From Patescibacteria group bacterium (GTDB taxonomy: Bacteria > Patescibacteriota > JAUYIX01 > JBHPHK01), in contig JBHPHK010000001.1 in assembly GCA_042569365.1 (NCBI GenBank), forward strand, positions 21,082 through 85,081: a DNA stretch of 64,000 nucleotides, read 5' to 3'. The position numbers and the translations under genes are program-made. Under the pieces are notes generated by a model, which was not told where the DNA came from, ran no database searches, and worked only from the letters and a program-made list of their open reading frames with translations. Positions 8,651 through 18,542 of the stretch are shown one piece after another (within the stretch, counting starts at the first letter, position 1; each line of letters begins with the position of its first letter).

Positions 8651-10963
8651 ATGGCCAAAAAAAGAAATACAAAACAGTATTCAATAGCTTCTAAGACACC
8701 TGAGGAGCGAATAGAGGAGTCTTCTAAAAAACAGACACTCAAGGAATCTGAATCAGGTTTAACTACAGAAACCAAGCGAGGTTTAGCTGCGGTTATTTTA
8801 TTTTTACTGGCACTACTGACTTTATTAACATTTTTCGGATGGGTCGGAGCTGTCGGCGAATGGATCGATTACAGCCTAAAATTGATATTTGGATGGGGCC
8901 GCATCTTGGTTCCACTCGGATTTGTCTTGGCTGGTGTTGTATCTTTGCGCCCAATGAAATTATCTGGAGGCAAGTCCGGATATTTTGGCGTGGGATTGTT
9001 GGTGTTGGCGATCTTAGGACTCATGCACTCATTCTTTCCTTATGCGGAAGGTTTTATTGAGGCACAGGCTGGATCGGGCGGAGGCTGGATCGGATTTTTG
9101 ATCAGCTATCCTCTATTGCGGGCATTTAGTGCACTAGGCGCCTGGATAATTTTCATCGCAATCTTTATAATCGGTATTTTAATATTTGCCAACCGTCCCT
9201 TGCGCGAGCTTCTCCGTCTCGGGCGCAAAGAAGAGGACAAAAAAGAAGAAGCCGTCAAAGAAGTTGATGGTTCTGATGAGGATCCAGAAGAAAAGGAGAA
9301 AAAACCCTTCTCACTGCGTACTAAAAAGCTTCCTGATTTGCTTAATAAGAAAAAAGAAACGATCGAGATTAAGGACGGAGGCGAAATTGAGCCGGTCGCA
9401 GATATTGCGCCTGCACTTTCCACACAACACAAAGATTATGAGGCTCCGAGCATCGATCTCTTAGAGTCAAAAACTGACAAGCCGACTAGCGGTGATGTTC
9501 AGGCGAATGCTCGAATCATCAAGGAAACGTTAGCGAACTTCGGTATTGAGGTAGAGATGGCGGATGCGCATATCGGACCGACAGTTACGCAATATACCCT
9601 GCGTCCGATTGAAGGCACCAAACTTTCCAAGATTACAGCGCTGCAAAATGACATTGCGCTTGCTTTAGCGGCTCATCCGATTCGTATCGAGGCTCCAATT
9701 CCCGGCAAATCCCTGGTTGGTATCGAAGTGCCAAACGAATCCGTAGCGATGGTTCGCTTTCGTGATATCGTCGGTAGTAAGGATTTCCAGGGAAGTACTT
9801 CGCCGTTGCCAATTGCGATTGGTCGCGATGTAGCCGGCAAGCCTTATACTTCTGAATTAGATAAAATGCCTCACATGCTGATCGCTGGTGCGACCGGTTC
9901 TGGTAAGTCCGTAGCAATCAACGCGATGCTCCTGAGTTTGGTCTATCGCAATGGACCGACTGATCTAAAGATGATCTTGGTCGATCCAAAACGCGTTGAA
10001 CTTTCTGCATATAACAATATTCCACACTTGCTGACGCCGGTCATCACCGAGCCGCAAAAAACTGTGAACGCTTTGAAGTGGGCAACACAAGAAATGGACA
10101 AGCGCTACAAGATTATGAGCGAAGCAGGAGCGCGCAATATCGCTGCCTACAACCGCGTCACTAAGGACAAGCAACTTCCATACATTATCATCGTTATTGA
10201 CGAGCTGGCAGACGTAATGAGCGTAGCTGCTAAAGACGTGGAAGCTTTGATCGTTCGCCTAGCCCAACTTGCACGTGCAACCGGCATACACTTAATACTC
10301 GCAACTCAGCGCCCTTCCGTAGACGTCATAACTGGCTTAATAAAGGCAAATATTACGACCCGTATGGCCTTTAGTGTAGCGTCTGGTACGGATTCGCGCA
10401 CTATCTTAGACTTCTCAGGAGCAGAAAAACTACTAGGCCGTGGCGATATGCTGTTTGTCAGCGGCGAGCTTAGTAAGCCAAAACGACTCCAGGGTGCTTT
10501 CGTTACTGACGACGAAGTCGTCAAAGTCACAAATCACCTGAAAGAAATTGGCGAGCCGCATTATAATCCAGACGTTGTTTCTCCGCGCCGTGATGGCATG
10601 GGAGCAGCTAGGGGCACTCGGGCGGCTGGTGGTCCTGAAAGCGAAGATCCTTTATACAATGATGCTAAGCAAATATTTGTAGAATCTGGCAAGGGCAGCG
10701 CCTCACTTCTGCAGCGCCGCTTGAAAATAGGCTATGCACGCGCCGCTCGCTTACTTGACATGCTCGAAGAAGCTGGTGTAATTGGCCCATCCGATGGCGC
10801 CAAGCCGCGCGAAGTCTTGATCGGCGCAGAGCCTTTCCCGGGAGGAGAGTTTGTTGCTAAGGATAGTGATAGTGATATGATAGAACCGACAGACGATATG
10901 CCTTTACCTGGTGGATTTGAGGAAAAATCATCTGACGGGTCACATAAGGATTCAGATCAGTAA
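8651..10963 (+). CDS. ftsK: DNA translocase FtsK/SpoIIIE
   Basis: It has N-terminal TM helices and an acidic/lysine linker. It also has Walker A (GATGSGKS), Walker B (IIVIDELADVM) and a C-terminal gamma winged-helix (SASLLQRRLKIGYARAARLLDMLEEAGVIG). Confidence 0.93.
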   Translation: MAKKRNTKQYSIASKTPEERIEESSKKQTLKESESGLTTETKRGLAAVILFLLALLTLLTFFGWVGAVGEWIDYSLKLIFGWGRILVPLGFVLAGVVSLRPMKLSGGKSGYFGVGLLVLAILGLMHSFFPYAEGFIEAQAGSGGGWIGFLISYPLLRAFSALGAWIIFIAIFIIGILIFANRPLRELLRLGRKEEDKKEEAVKEVDGSDEDPEEKEKKPFSLRTKKLPDLLNKKKETIEIKDGGEIEPVADIAPALSTQHKDYEAPSIDLLESKTDKPTSGDVQANARIIKETLANFGIEVEMADAHIGPTVTQYTLRPIEGTKLSKITALQNDIALALAAHPIRIEAPIPGKSLVGIEVPNESVAMVRFRDIVGSKDFQGSTSPLPIAIGRDVAGKPYTSELDKMPHMLIAGATGSGKSVAINAMLLSLVYRNGPTDLKMILVDPKRVELSAYNNIPHLLTPVITEPQKTVNALKWATQEMDKRYKIMSEAGARNIAAYNRVTKDKQLPYIIIVIDELADVMSVAAKDVEALIVRLAQLARATGIHLILATQRPSVDVITGLIKANITTRMAFSVASGTDSRTILDFSGAEKLLGRGDMLFVSGELSKPKRLQGAFVTDDEVVKVTNHLKEIGEPHYNPDVVSPRRDGMGAARGTRAAGGPESEDPLYNDAKQIFVESGKGSASLLQRRLKIGYARAARLLDMLEEAGVIGPSDGAKPREVLIGAEPFPGGEFVAKDSDSDMIEPTDDMPLPGGFEEKSSDGSHKDSDQ

Positions 10964-10968
10964 TAAAT

Positions 10969-13900
10969 ATGAATCTACAAAAATTTAAAATTCCCATCAT
11001 CGCAATTGGCGCAATAGCAGTCCTTGTTGTGGTGCATTTTGGTTATCCCGCTGTTCGGAATAGAACTGCCTCATTTATTCAAAGCATTTCTGTTCCCCTT
11101 AAGACAGCAGAAGAAACTCTTACAGCAAGTAGTGAATTTACTTACGGTTGGACCTATGCTAATGGTGGTGCAAGTACTGACGATGGCTATGATGTAGCTC
11201 TTGATTCTTTCGGTAATGCATATTTCACAGGATACTTTCAAGGTGCAGTCGATTTTGAACCTGGCCCCGGGATTGAAAACATATCAGCCTTAAATAGTGA
11301 CCCCTTCATCGTCAAGCTTGATTCAGATGGTGTCTACGACTCTGTTCAGGTTCTGAAAGGATCTGGTCATGATTTAGGTCAGAGTCTTGCTGTTGATTCT
11401 AGTGACAATCTCTTTGTGGCAGGATGGTTCACGAAAACAAATGACTTTGATCCAACAGCAGGTGTTGATAATCATAGTTCGGTGAGCAATACGAGAGATA
11501 TCTTCCTTACAAAATTAAACGCTGACGGCACCTACGGCTGGACCCGCACAATGGGCGACGTAGGCGACGAGCGATTAGAGCACGTAGATATTGATCCATC
11601 TGGCGCTGCCTATCTTACGGGGACCTTCTCCGCAACAATGGACTTCGATCCCACTGCCGGAGTCGACTCTCACGCCGTAGTCGGAAGTCAGGACAGTTTT
11701 CTCACAAAAATCAACGGGGACGGGTCCTACGGTTACACCTACACATGGGGAACAGACTTAATATACAGCGAAGCGCTCGCAACAGACTCACTTGGCAACG
11801 TTTACATCGGCGGATGCTGGCGTGGCACTATCGACTTTGATCCCGGTGTTGGAGTAGAAAGCCATAGCGCTGTCAATCCTCCTTGGGGTGTAGATATGTT
11901 TCTAGTGAAAATCAATGCCGACGAATCGTTTGGTTATATGTATCAGATTGGCGTTGACGGGTCTGAGTGCATTAGAGATCTCGCAGTAGATGGCTCTGAT
12001 AATGTTTACTATACAGGTAATGTCAATGGGTCGAACTACGACTTCGATCCCACCGCCGGAACGGACACTTATAGCACCGGAGGAAACGGCGATGGATTCG
12101 TAACGAAAATCAACGCTGACGGCACCTACGGCTGGACTTATATTCCTGAATCAACTGGTAGATTTACTGGAGAGGCTGTTGCGGTCGACGATGCTGGCAA
12201 CGCGAGTTTCACAGGACCTTTCAATGATGCGGTTGATTTTGACCCAGGCCCAGACGATGACACTTATACTCCAATAGGCTCTGCCGATATATTCGTGGTT
12301 AGCCTTAATGCCGATGGATCCTATATATCTACATACACTGCCGGAAACACAAATGCAGACATCGGACAGGGCTTAGTAATGGACAATGACGGTGGTATTT
12401 ATGTCACTGGGAGATTTCAAAAGACCGTGGACTTCGATCCAACGGACGGTATAGACGAACGAACTCCTCCTAGCGCTTACGAGAATTTCTTCTTAACAAA
12501 ATTTAAAGCTTCTGCTCCGCCACCACCTCCTCCGCCTCCACCACCTCCTCCGCCACCACCTGATCCGGACCCAGATCCAGATCCGGAACCTGAACCAGAT
12601 CCGGAACCTGAACCAGAGCCGGACCCTGAAGAGGAACCAGAATCCATAGGAGGAACGATCAGTACGGCGCTCGTTACTGCGCCACTCGTAACTGTCGGAA
12701 ACACAGTTATTTATCAAATTACCGTCACGGCACCTGAAGACGCACCTCTTGAGTCGCCAATTTCACTCCTGCTTGATTACAGCACGGAATATTTATCACT
12801 TACAGATGTTGATGCTGATGTAAATCCACTCAATCTTATAAATGATGGCTCTGTGAATTGGAGTGATGTCTCTGACGGCGCTGGTATCGATGCTAATGAC
12901 TCACTTACGTTTGAGGTAGAGTTCATAGCGCTGAAGGGCGGGGAGGCGCCGGATACAGACTTTGCAGCATTTCTTTCGACACTTGCAGAAAGCGGTGAAT
13001 CTGAAACTTATTCAGTCCAAAACAAAGAGCTCACTATTCTTCCGCATGTGTTGGGAGCACTGCCTATAGAACCTGAAAAAGCTAGCCAGCTTATTGCAGA
13101 CGAATCAGAAGTTGTTGGCCTGATTTCTCCTCCGGAACAACAAGTATTAAGCAATGTTGTTGCTCCAGTTATTGCTGCTCTCGCACTGGTTAATCTTATT
13201 GCCGCTATTGGTTCTCTCTCTTCACTTTGGTACTATCTTTTCTGGGCTTTCACTGAGCCGTTCCAACTCTTCTTCCATCGTCGCAATCGATCCTGGAGCA
13301 TCGTCTATGATGCGCTTTCAAGGCGTCCAATTCCTTTGGCGATGGTTCGAATACGTGATATTGAAACCGAGCGAGTCGTTAAAACTAAGGTTACTGACAA
13401 AGAAGGCCGCTTTATCCTGCAAGTGCCCCCGGGCAATTACCGGATCACTGTGAAAAAAGCTGGTTACGCTTTCCCATCCGCGCTAGTGACTGGAAAATCT
13501 GATGGTAAATTCTCTAACGTGTACCATGGCGGTACGCTGACAGTGCAGGGAGAACAAGAATACATGGTCATTAATATCCCACTTGATCCGCCAAGGCGCA
13601 TTGCCAATCCGATCGTCGCATTCCGTCGTAACAGCCGTGAGTTTATCAAAAAAGTGTTTGCTTACTCTGGAATTATAGTTGCCGTTATCCTTATGATTTC
13701 CGCTCCTTCTCTTCTAAATGCGCTACTTCTTGGTTTACATATTATCTTGTTCTTCATCTTCCGTTATCTCACCGGTCTTAATAAATCTCCAACCTGGGGG
13801 CGTGCCTACGACTTTGTTACTGGGCAGCCGCTTCGTAATGCAGTTGTCCGGATCTATGACAAGAAATACCAACGCTTACTTGATTCGCAAGTAACTGGCC

Positions 13901-14088
13901 GCGGCGGTAATTTTGGCTTCTTAGTAGGAGAGAAGGAATACTTCATGGATGCCGTGAAGTCGGGTTACGATTTCCCAGTGCGTGATGCTAAAAAGAAGAA
14001 CGATTACCTTGGAGATGATTTCGTACCTCGCAAAGGTTTTATCAACCTGAATATACCTCTAAAATCTGCAAAGAAGCAGGATATTTAG
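10969..14088 (+). CDS. Giant surface protein: SBBP-type beta-propeller repeats, Pro/Asp/Glu linker, TM segments and two CarboxypepD_reg-like domains
   Basis: An N-terminal anchor is followed by about 8 repeats of the type D..G..Y.TG.F.G..DFDP..G......G..D.F..K.N.DG.Y. A poly-Pro tract follows. Hydrophobic segments alternate with two beta-sandwich-like modules (DKEGRFILQVPPGNYRITVKKAGYAF; GRGGNFGFLVGEKEYFMDAVKSGYDF). Confidence 0.8.
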   Translation: MNLQKFKIPIIAIGAIAVLVVVHFGYPAVRNRTASFIQSISVPLKTAEETLTASSEFTYGWTYANGGASTDDGYDVALDSFGNAYFTGYFQGAVDFEPGPGIENISALNSDPFIVKLDSDGVYDSVQVLKGSGHDLGQSLAVDSSDNLFVAGWFTKTNDFDPTAGVDNHSSVSNTRDIFLTKLNADGTYGWTRTMGDVGDERLEHVDIDPSGAAYLTGTFSATMDFDPTAGVDSHAVVGSQDSFLTKINGDGSYGYTYTWGTDLIYSEALATDSLGNVYIGGCWRGTIDFDPGVGVESHSAVNPPWGVDMFLVKINADESFGYMYQIGVDGSECIRDLAVDGSDNVYYTGNVNGSNYDFDPTAGTDTYSTGGNGDGFVTKINADGTYGWTYIPESTGRFTGEAVAVDDAGNASFTGPFNDAVDFDPGPDDDTYTPIGSADIFVVSLNADGSYISTYTAGNTNADIGQGLVMDNDGGIYVTGRFQKTVDFDPTDGIDERTPPSAYENFFLTKFKASAPPPPPPPPPPPPPPPDPDPDPDPEPEPDPEPEPEPDPEEEPESIGGTISTALVTAPLVTVGNTVIYQITVTAPEDAPLESPISLLLDYSTEYLSLTDVDADVNPLNLINDGSVNWSDVSDGAGIDANDSLTFEVEFIALKGGEAPDTDFAAFLSTLAESGESETYSVQNKELTILPHVLGALPIEPEKASQLIADESEVVGLISPPEQQVLSNVVAPVIAALALVNLIAAIGSLSSLWYYLFWAFTEPFQLFFHRRNRSWSIVYDALSRRPIPLAMVRIRDIETERVVKTKVTDKEGRFILQVPPGNYRITVKKAGYAFPSALVTGKSDGKFSNVYHGGTLTVQGEQEYMVINIPLDPPRRIANPIVAFRRNSREFIKKVFAYSGIIVAVILMISAPSLLNALLLGLHIILFFIFRYLTGLNKSPTWGRAYDFVTGQPLRNAVVRIYDKKYQRLLDSQVTGRGGNFGFLVGEKEYFMDAVKSGYDFPVRDAKKKNDYLGDDFVPRKGFINLNIPLKSAKKQDI
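12514..12640 (+). repeat. Low-complexity coding tract (Pro15 followed by PD/PE dipeptide repeats)
   Basis: It encodes APPPPPPPPPPPPPPPDPDPDPDPEPEPDPEPEPEPDPEEEPE. The DNA contains an 18-bp tandem duplication, gatccggaacctgaacca, present twice. Confidence 0.9.
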
Positions 14089-14120
14089 CGGCCGATCGTT
14101 TAGCTTAAGTTAAATAAAAA

Positions 14121-14149
14121 AGACCCGTCTCCAAAAGAGCGGGTTTTTT
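14121..14149 (+). terminator. Rho-independent terminator
   Basis: agACCCGtCTCcaaaaGAGcGGGTttttt. Confidence 0.7.
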
Positions 14150-14195
14150 AAATCAGAGCCGTCATCTTTCTGATATATTTACCTGTTAGTAATTC

Positions 14196-14224
14196 TTGAC
14201 AAATCAGATGCAATGTGCTAAATT
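14196..14224 (+). promoter_or_regulatory. Sigma70-type promoter
   Basis: TTGACA (14196-14201), 17-nt spacer, TAAATT (14219-14224). Confidence 0.5.
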
Positions 14225-14283
14225 TGTCTGTTCTAATCTAATTAAAGATAGGATAGTTAATAAAGATGGTATTATAAAAGTGC

Positions 14284-16785
14284 ATGGGAAAGTCTTATTT
14301 TAATCTTTTTGCAGAAATTTTTATCGGCGCGGCTATATTCGTCGCGTTGCTTATTGTGTTTCCTGTTGCCCGTCAGCAGCTAATTTCGTTTGTTTCTTTT
14401 CGTTCCGTCTCTGCCGCGCCTAACCAACAAGCTGTGTCGGCGGTGTACGATCCGTACGCCTACACGTACACTGCGGGTGGTCCGGCGAGCGACGTTTCCA
14501 ATGCCGTTACCACAGACAGTAGCGGCAATGTGTACTACGGCGGATTCTTCCGGGATACCGTGGACTTCGATCCGACCAATGGCGTAGACAACCACACGTC
14601 TAGGGGCGGCTCCGATGTCTTCCTCACAAAGGTTAACGCAGACAGTTCCTACGCTTATACTCTCACTCTGGGTGGCACTGCAGACGACCGCGTAGATAGT
14701 ATCGCGGTTGACGCGGCGGGTAACATTTACCTCGCGGGCGCTTTCCAGGGCACTGCCGACCTTGACCCAACGGACGGCACGGACAGTCGCGTCTCCAACG
14801 GTGGCTACGATGCCTACCTAGTCAAGCTGAACGCGGACGGATCTTTCGCCTACGCGTATACATTCGGCGGCTCTGATCCGAACGACTACGCCAACGCCGT
14901 TACCACGAGCGACACCGATAAAGTCTACTTGGCAGGGTACTTCGGCGATAAGGTCGACTTCGACCCAACTGCCGGCGACGACAGCCGTACTTCCGGAGGT
15001 GGCGCGGACGCCTTCCTCGTCACGCTGAACGCGGATGGGTCCTACGACACCACCATTACCATCAGCGGAGCATCGAACGTCGGGGCGTACGACGTCGCCG
15101 TGGACGCGACTGGGGTGATGTACCTCGCTGGCATCTTCTACGGAACAGCAGACTTCGACCCGACCGCCGGCACCGACGAACGCACATCCAACGGCAGTGC
15201 CGACATCTTTCTCATCAAACTCAATGCGGACGGATCCTACGCCTACGCCTACACCGTGGGGAGCGCGGCGCAAGATTCCTCCACCGCCAGCGTGGCGGTG
15301 GATAGCACTGGAGCTGCCTACTTGGCAAGCTACTTCTGGGGCACCGTCGACTTCGACCCAACTGCCGACGACGACAGCTACACCGCCGGGTCATCTGGCC
15401 GGGACGGCTTCCTTACCAAGCTCAATGCGGACGGATCCTATAGCTCCACCGCCGTCTTCGCCGCCCACGCGGTGCAGTGCGAATTCGGGACTTGGGTCTA
15501 CCTAAAGGACGTGGCGGTGGCGCCGGATGACAGCATCTACCTCACGGGGAACTTTAGCTGCGGCACCGTCGACTTCGACCCAACGGACGGCCTCGATCTG
15601 CGCGTCTCCTCGGCATTCTTCCGCCTCTTCGTGACGAAACTCAAGGCAGACGGCTCCTACGGGTACACGTACAATTTCGAGGGCAATAATAATGACAACT
15701 ATGTCTACGAAGTGGCAGTGGACGTCGTTGGGAACGTCTACCTCGCCGGCGCCTTCGCTGGTACCACCGACTTCGATCCGCTCAGCACAACGGACAACCA
15801 CACTTCCAACGGGAGCTTCGACCTCTTCCTTACAAAGTTGGGTGAGCCTGCACCGCCACCATCCGAAACCGTCCAGATTTGTCACTCTGAAGGCGACGCG
15901 ACTGGCCCGTGGTCTTTCCTGGAAGTAAATGTCGGAAGCGAGCACGATGAACACACCTTCGATATTATCCCCATCACAGATTTAAATGACGATGGTCAGG
16001 TTAATATCGATGATTGCGGTTATGTGGCACCGTCTGTTCCACCATCTATTTACTTAAATCAGATGGTTCTCAAAGGATCTGGTTTAACACTTTATTATAT
16101 TGAGGGAGGCGAGAAGCGCGCCTTCTCTTCAAGCCGCGTTTTCAAAACTTGGTCAACATTCGCCAATGTAAGCGTGGTATCCGATGCTACGCTAACAGCC
16201 ATACCTAGTAGTACTATCATGAATTTCCGAGACGGAACTTTAATCAAGGGATCTGCCCCGGCAGTCTATGTTGTAGAAGACGGTGTTAAGCGTCCATTTA
16301 AGTCTAGCAGTGTCTTCCGGGCGCTCGGCTATACCTTTGAACGAGTTTTAACAGTTTCAGATCAAGAACTGGCTCTTCACTCTTCTGGCCCAGCTATCAC
16401 AAATTCCGCTACAATTCCTGATCAAACCTTAATTAAAGGAACAGGCACCACTGTCTATTATACTGACAATGGGAAAAAACATCCTTTCTCTTCAGGGAAT
16501 ATTTTTCGTACGTGGGGTACTACGCGTGATATCAATATCGTTTCTGACGCTTTTCTTGAGAGTATTCCCCGATACCCCGTCATGGGATTCCGCAGCGGAT
16601 CACTTGTTCGGGCGAAAGGCACACCGACTGTTTACTACATCGAAGATGGTCTGCGGCGCGCTTTCAGAAATCAGTGCACGTTTGACACGCTCGGATTTAA
16701 GACTAGTAATATTCTGATTGTCAGCAGTATTGATATTTTACGTAATTCTTCAGCTGCAGCGCTCGATATCTGTTCAGCTCTCTAG
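14284..16785 (+). CDS. Giant surface protein: TM anchor, about 9 SBBP-type beta-propeller repeats and 4 C-terminal tandem repeats of about 60 aa
   Basis: The repeat signature matches the upstream gene (GG..D.....A.D..GN.Y..G.F.GT.DFDPT.G.D......G..D.FL.KLNADGSY.Y.YT). The C-terminus has four copies of a module of the type LIKG.....VYY.EDG.KR.F.S..VF...G.......VSD. Confidence 0.8.
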   Translation: MGKSYFNLFAEIFIGAAIFVALLIVFPVARQQLISFVSFRSVSAAPNQQAVSAVYDPYAYTYTAGGPASDVSNAVTTDSSGNVYYGGFFRDTVDFDPTNGVDNHTSRGGSDVFLTKVNADSSYAYTLTLGGTADDRVDSIAVDAAGNIYLAGAFQGTADLDPTDGTDSRVSNGGYDAYLVKLNADGSFAYAYTFGGSDPNDYANAVTTSDTDKVYLAGYFGDKVDFDPTAGDDSRTSGGGADAFLVTLNADGSYDTTITISGASNVGAYDVAVDATGVMYLAGIFYGTADFDPTAGTDERTSNGSADIFLIKLNADGSYAYAYTVGSAAQDSSTASVAVDSTGAAYLASYFWGTVDFDPTADDDSYTAGSSGRDGFLTKLNADGSYSSTAVFAAHAVQCEFGTWVYLKDVAVAPDDSIYLTGNFSCGTVDFDPTDGLDLRVSSAFFRLFVTKLKADGSYGYTYNFEGNNNDNYVYEVAVDVVGNVYLAGAFAGTTDFDPLSTTDNHTSNGSFDLFLTKLGEPAPPPSETVQICHSEGDATGPWSFLEVNVGSEHDEHTFDIIPITDLNDDGQVNIDDCGYVAPSVPPSIYLNQMVLKGSGLTLYYIEGGEKRAFSSSRVFKTWSTFANVSVVSDATLTAIPSSTIMNFRDGTLIKGSAPAVYVVEDGVKRPFKSSSVFRALGYTFERVLTVSDQELALHSSGPAITNSATIPDQTLIKGTGTTVYYTDNGKKHPFSSGNIFRTWGTTRDINIVSDAFLESIPRYPVMGFRSGSLVRAKGTPTVYYIEDGLRRAFRNQCTFDTLGFKTSNILIVSSIDILRNSSAAALDICSAL

Positions 16786-16792
16786 TTTTTTA

Positions 16793-16830
16793 TAAAAAAG
16801 AACCCGCTTGTTAGTAGCGGGTTTTTGTTT
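16793..16830. terminator. Bidirectional terminator between convergent genes
   Basis: aaaaaagaACCCGCTtgttagtAGCGGGTttttg. An A-run lies upstream and a T-run downstream. Confidence 0.7.
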
Positions 16831-16844
16831 GTTGAAACAAAAAG

Positions 16845-18521
16845 CTAGGTCAAATTTGGCAAAAGAGATATGCCTGTCATCGCAGCCGGTTTTTTTAGAC
16901 CCATAATGTCCAGAATGGTCGGCGCAACATCTGCCAGAACTCCGACAGACTCATACAGAAATAAATCAAGTTCTTCCTGAGTGCGCGGTTCCGGGTATTG
17001 CCGATCATTACTGATGATTATAAATGGCACCGGATTGTTGGTGTGTTCCGTTTCGATCTCGTTGGTGCGCGGATCGCGCATCTGCTCGGCGTTGCCGTGG
17101 TCCGCCGTGATAGCTAAGACACCGTCTTGTTCTAAGACTGCGGTCACGACGCGCATCATCTGTTCATCGAGAAATTCCAAGGCCTGAATAGTAGCCTTAA
17201 TGTTCCCGGTGTGGGCGACCATGTCCGGATTGGCATAGTTCATCACAATAAGATCGTACTTGCCGCTCTTGATTTCCTTCACAGCGCGATCAGTCACTTT
17301 CTTGGCGCTCATCTCGGGCTTTTCATCGTAGCTCGAACATGGCGGAGAGGGGATCAACACAAAATCCTCATTCTTCCCAGCTTTCTCACGTCCGCCGTTC
17401 AAGAAATATGTCACGTGGGCGTACTTTTCCGTCTCCGCAATATGAAATTGCTTCAATCCCGCATCTATGATCACATCCGATAGCGTATCTTCGATATCTC
17501 CTTCCGGGAAAATAACCTCGACCGGCAGATCCGCTTCATACTCCGTCATCGTAACAAATAAAAGCTTTTTCAAACGATCGCCGCGTTTAAAATTATTAAA
17601 ACCTGGCAAAACAAAAGCTTTAGTCAACTGGCGAGCACGGTCAGGGCGAAAGTTAAAAAACAATACAGCATCATTATCCTTAACGACCGGCAGTTCCCCG
17701 CCTTTTTGCTCAACGATCATCGGCTCCATATCCTGGTCAAAAGTCTCAGTACGATAAGAATCTTTGATAGCCTTATCAGGTTTCTTGATCAGCAGACCCT
17801 TGCCATGCACCATCAGGTTGTACGCGCGTTCGATGTGTTCCCAGTTATTGTTGCGGTCCATTGCATATTTACGACCGATAATTGTCGCGATATGCCCGAC
17901 TCGGTTGCGCTTCATAAACTTCTCAACTTCCGAAATAAAACGTGCACCACTGTCTCGCGGCACATCGCGTCCGTCCAAAATAGCGTGTACATAGACTTTA
18001 CGGATCCGTTTTTCCTTAGCCCAGGTCAAAATAGCGTAAAGATGCTCCAAAGAAGAGTGGACATCGCCATTACTGGCACAGCCGACCACATGCAAGGTCG
18101 ATTTATTCTTTTTTACATGCTCTGCTGTTTTTTTCAAGACAGGCGAGTCAAAAAAAGTCTCATTTTCGATCGCCATCGATATGCGGGGGAGGCTCTGGTA
18201 GATCACGCGCCCGGTACCGATGCCGCCGTGCCCAACTTCAGAGTTTCCGTGCTCTCCCCAACGCAAACCAACCGAAATGCCCGCTGCCGCCAGCGAGGTA
18301 GCGGGATAATTTGCGATCAGCGCATCGTAATTCGGCATTTTAGCGTCCCAAATAGCGTTGCCCTCGCTCAAAGGGCGGTTGCCGAACCCGTCAAATATCA
18401 TTAATACTACTGGTTTTGGTCTTTGTGTCGTCGCAGGCACTAAAATTTTAGTTATTTCTTTAATTCTAACACGCTTTCTATAACATTTTTTGCAGTTTTC
18501 TTGGCACAGAAAGTTATGCAC
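16845..18521 (-). CDS. gpmI: 2,3-bisphosphoglycerate-independent phosphoglycerate mutase
   Basis: Motifs LMIFDGFGNR, GNSEVGHGGIGTGR and TADHGNAE are present. The first 27-40 codons (MHNFLCQENCKKCYRK...) look like an over-extension. A GTG at 18440 is a plausible true start. Confidence 0.9.
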   Translation of the reverse strand: MHNFLCQENCKKCYRKRVRIKEITKILVPATTQRPKPVVLMIFDGFGNRPLSEGNAIWDAKMPNYDALIANYPATSLAAAGISVGLRWGEHGNSEVGHGGIGTGRVIYQSLPRISMAIENETFFDSPVLKKTAEHVKKNKSTLHVVGCASNGDVHSSLEHLYAILTWAKEKRIRKVYVHAILDGRDVPRDSGARFISEVEKFMKRNRVGHIATIIGRKYAMDRNNNWEHIERAYNLMVHGKGLLIKKPDKAIKDSYRTETFDQDMEPMIVEQKGGELPVVKDNDAVLFFNFRPDRARQLTKAFVLPGFNNFKRGDRLKKLLFVTMTEYEADLPVEVIFPEGDIEDTLSDVIIDAGLKQFHIAETEKYAHVTYFLNGGREKAGKNEDFVLIPSPPCSSYDEKPEMSAKKVTDRAVKEIKSGKYDLIVMNYANPDMVAHTGNIKATIQALEFLDEQMMRVVTAVLEQDGVLAITADHGNAEQMRDPRTNEIETEHTNNPVPFIIISNDRQYPEPRTQEELDLFLYESVGVLADVAPTILDIMGLKKPAAMTGISLLPNLT

Positions 18522-18542
18522 CTCTCATTATACCTGTGGATG

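Noticed and set aside
12477-12717. Minus-strand ORFs encoding (GS)n and (WR)n repeats.
   Set aside because: They are the reverse complement of the Pro/Asp/Glu linker tract of the 10969 gene.
14380-15954. Long antisense or alternate-frame ORFs in the SBBP gene (14818-15273, 15197-15505, 15502-15954, 15692-15928).
   Set aside because: Stop codons are rare in every frame of this block of about 65% GC. The translations are Arg/Val/Gly-rich noise, whereas the plus frame has a clear repeat architecture.
17706-18404. A 232-aa plus-strand ORF.
   Set aside because: It lies fully inside gpmI on the opposite strand, and I recognise no motif in it.
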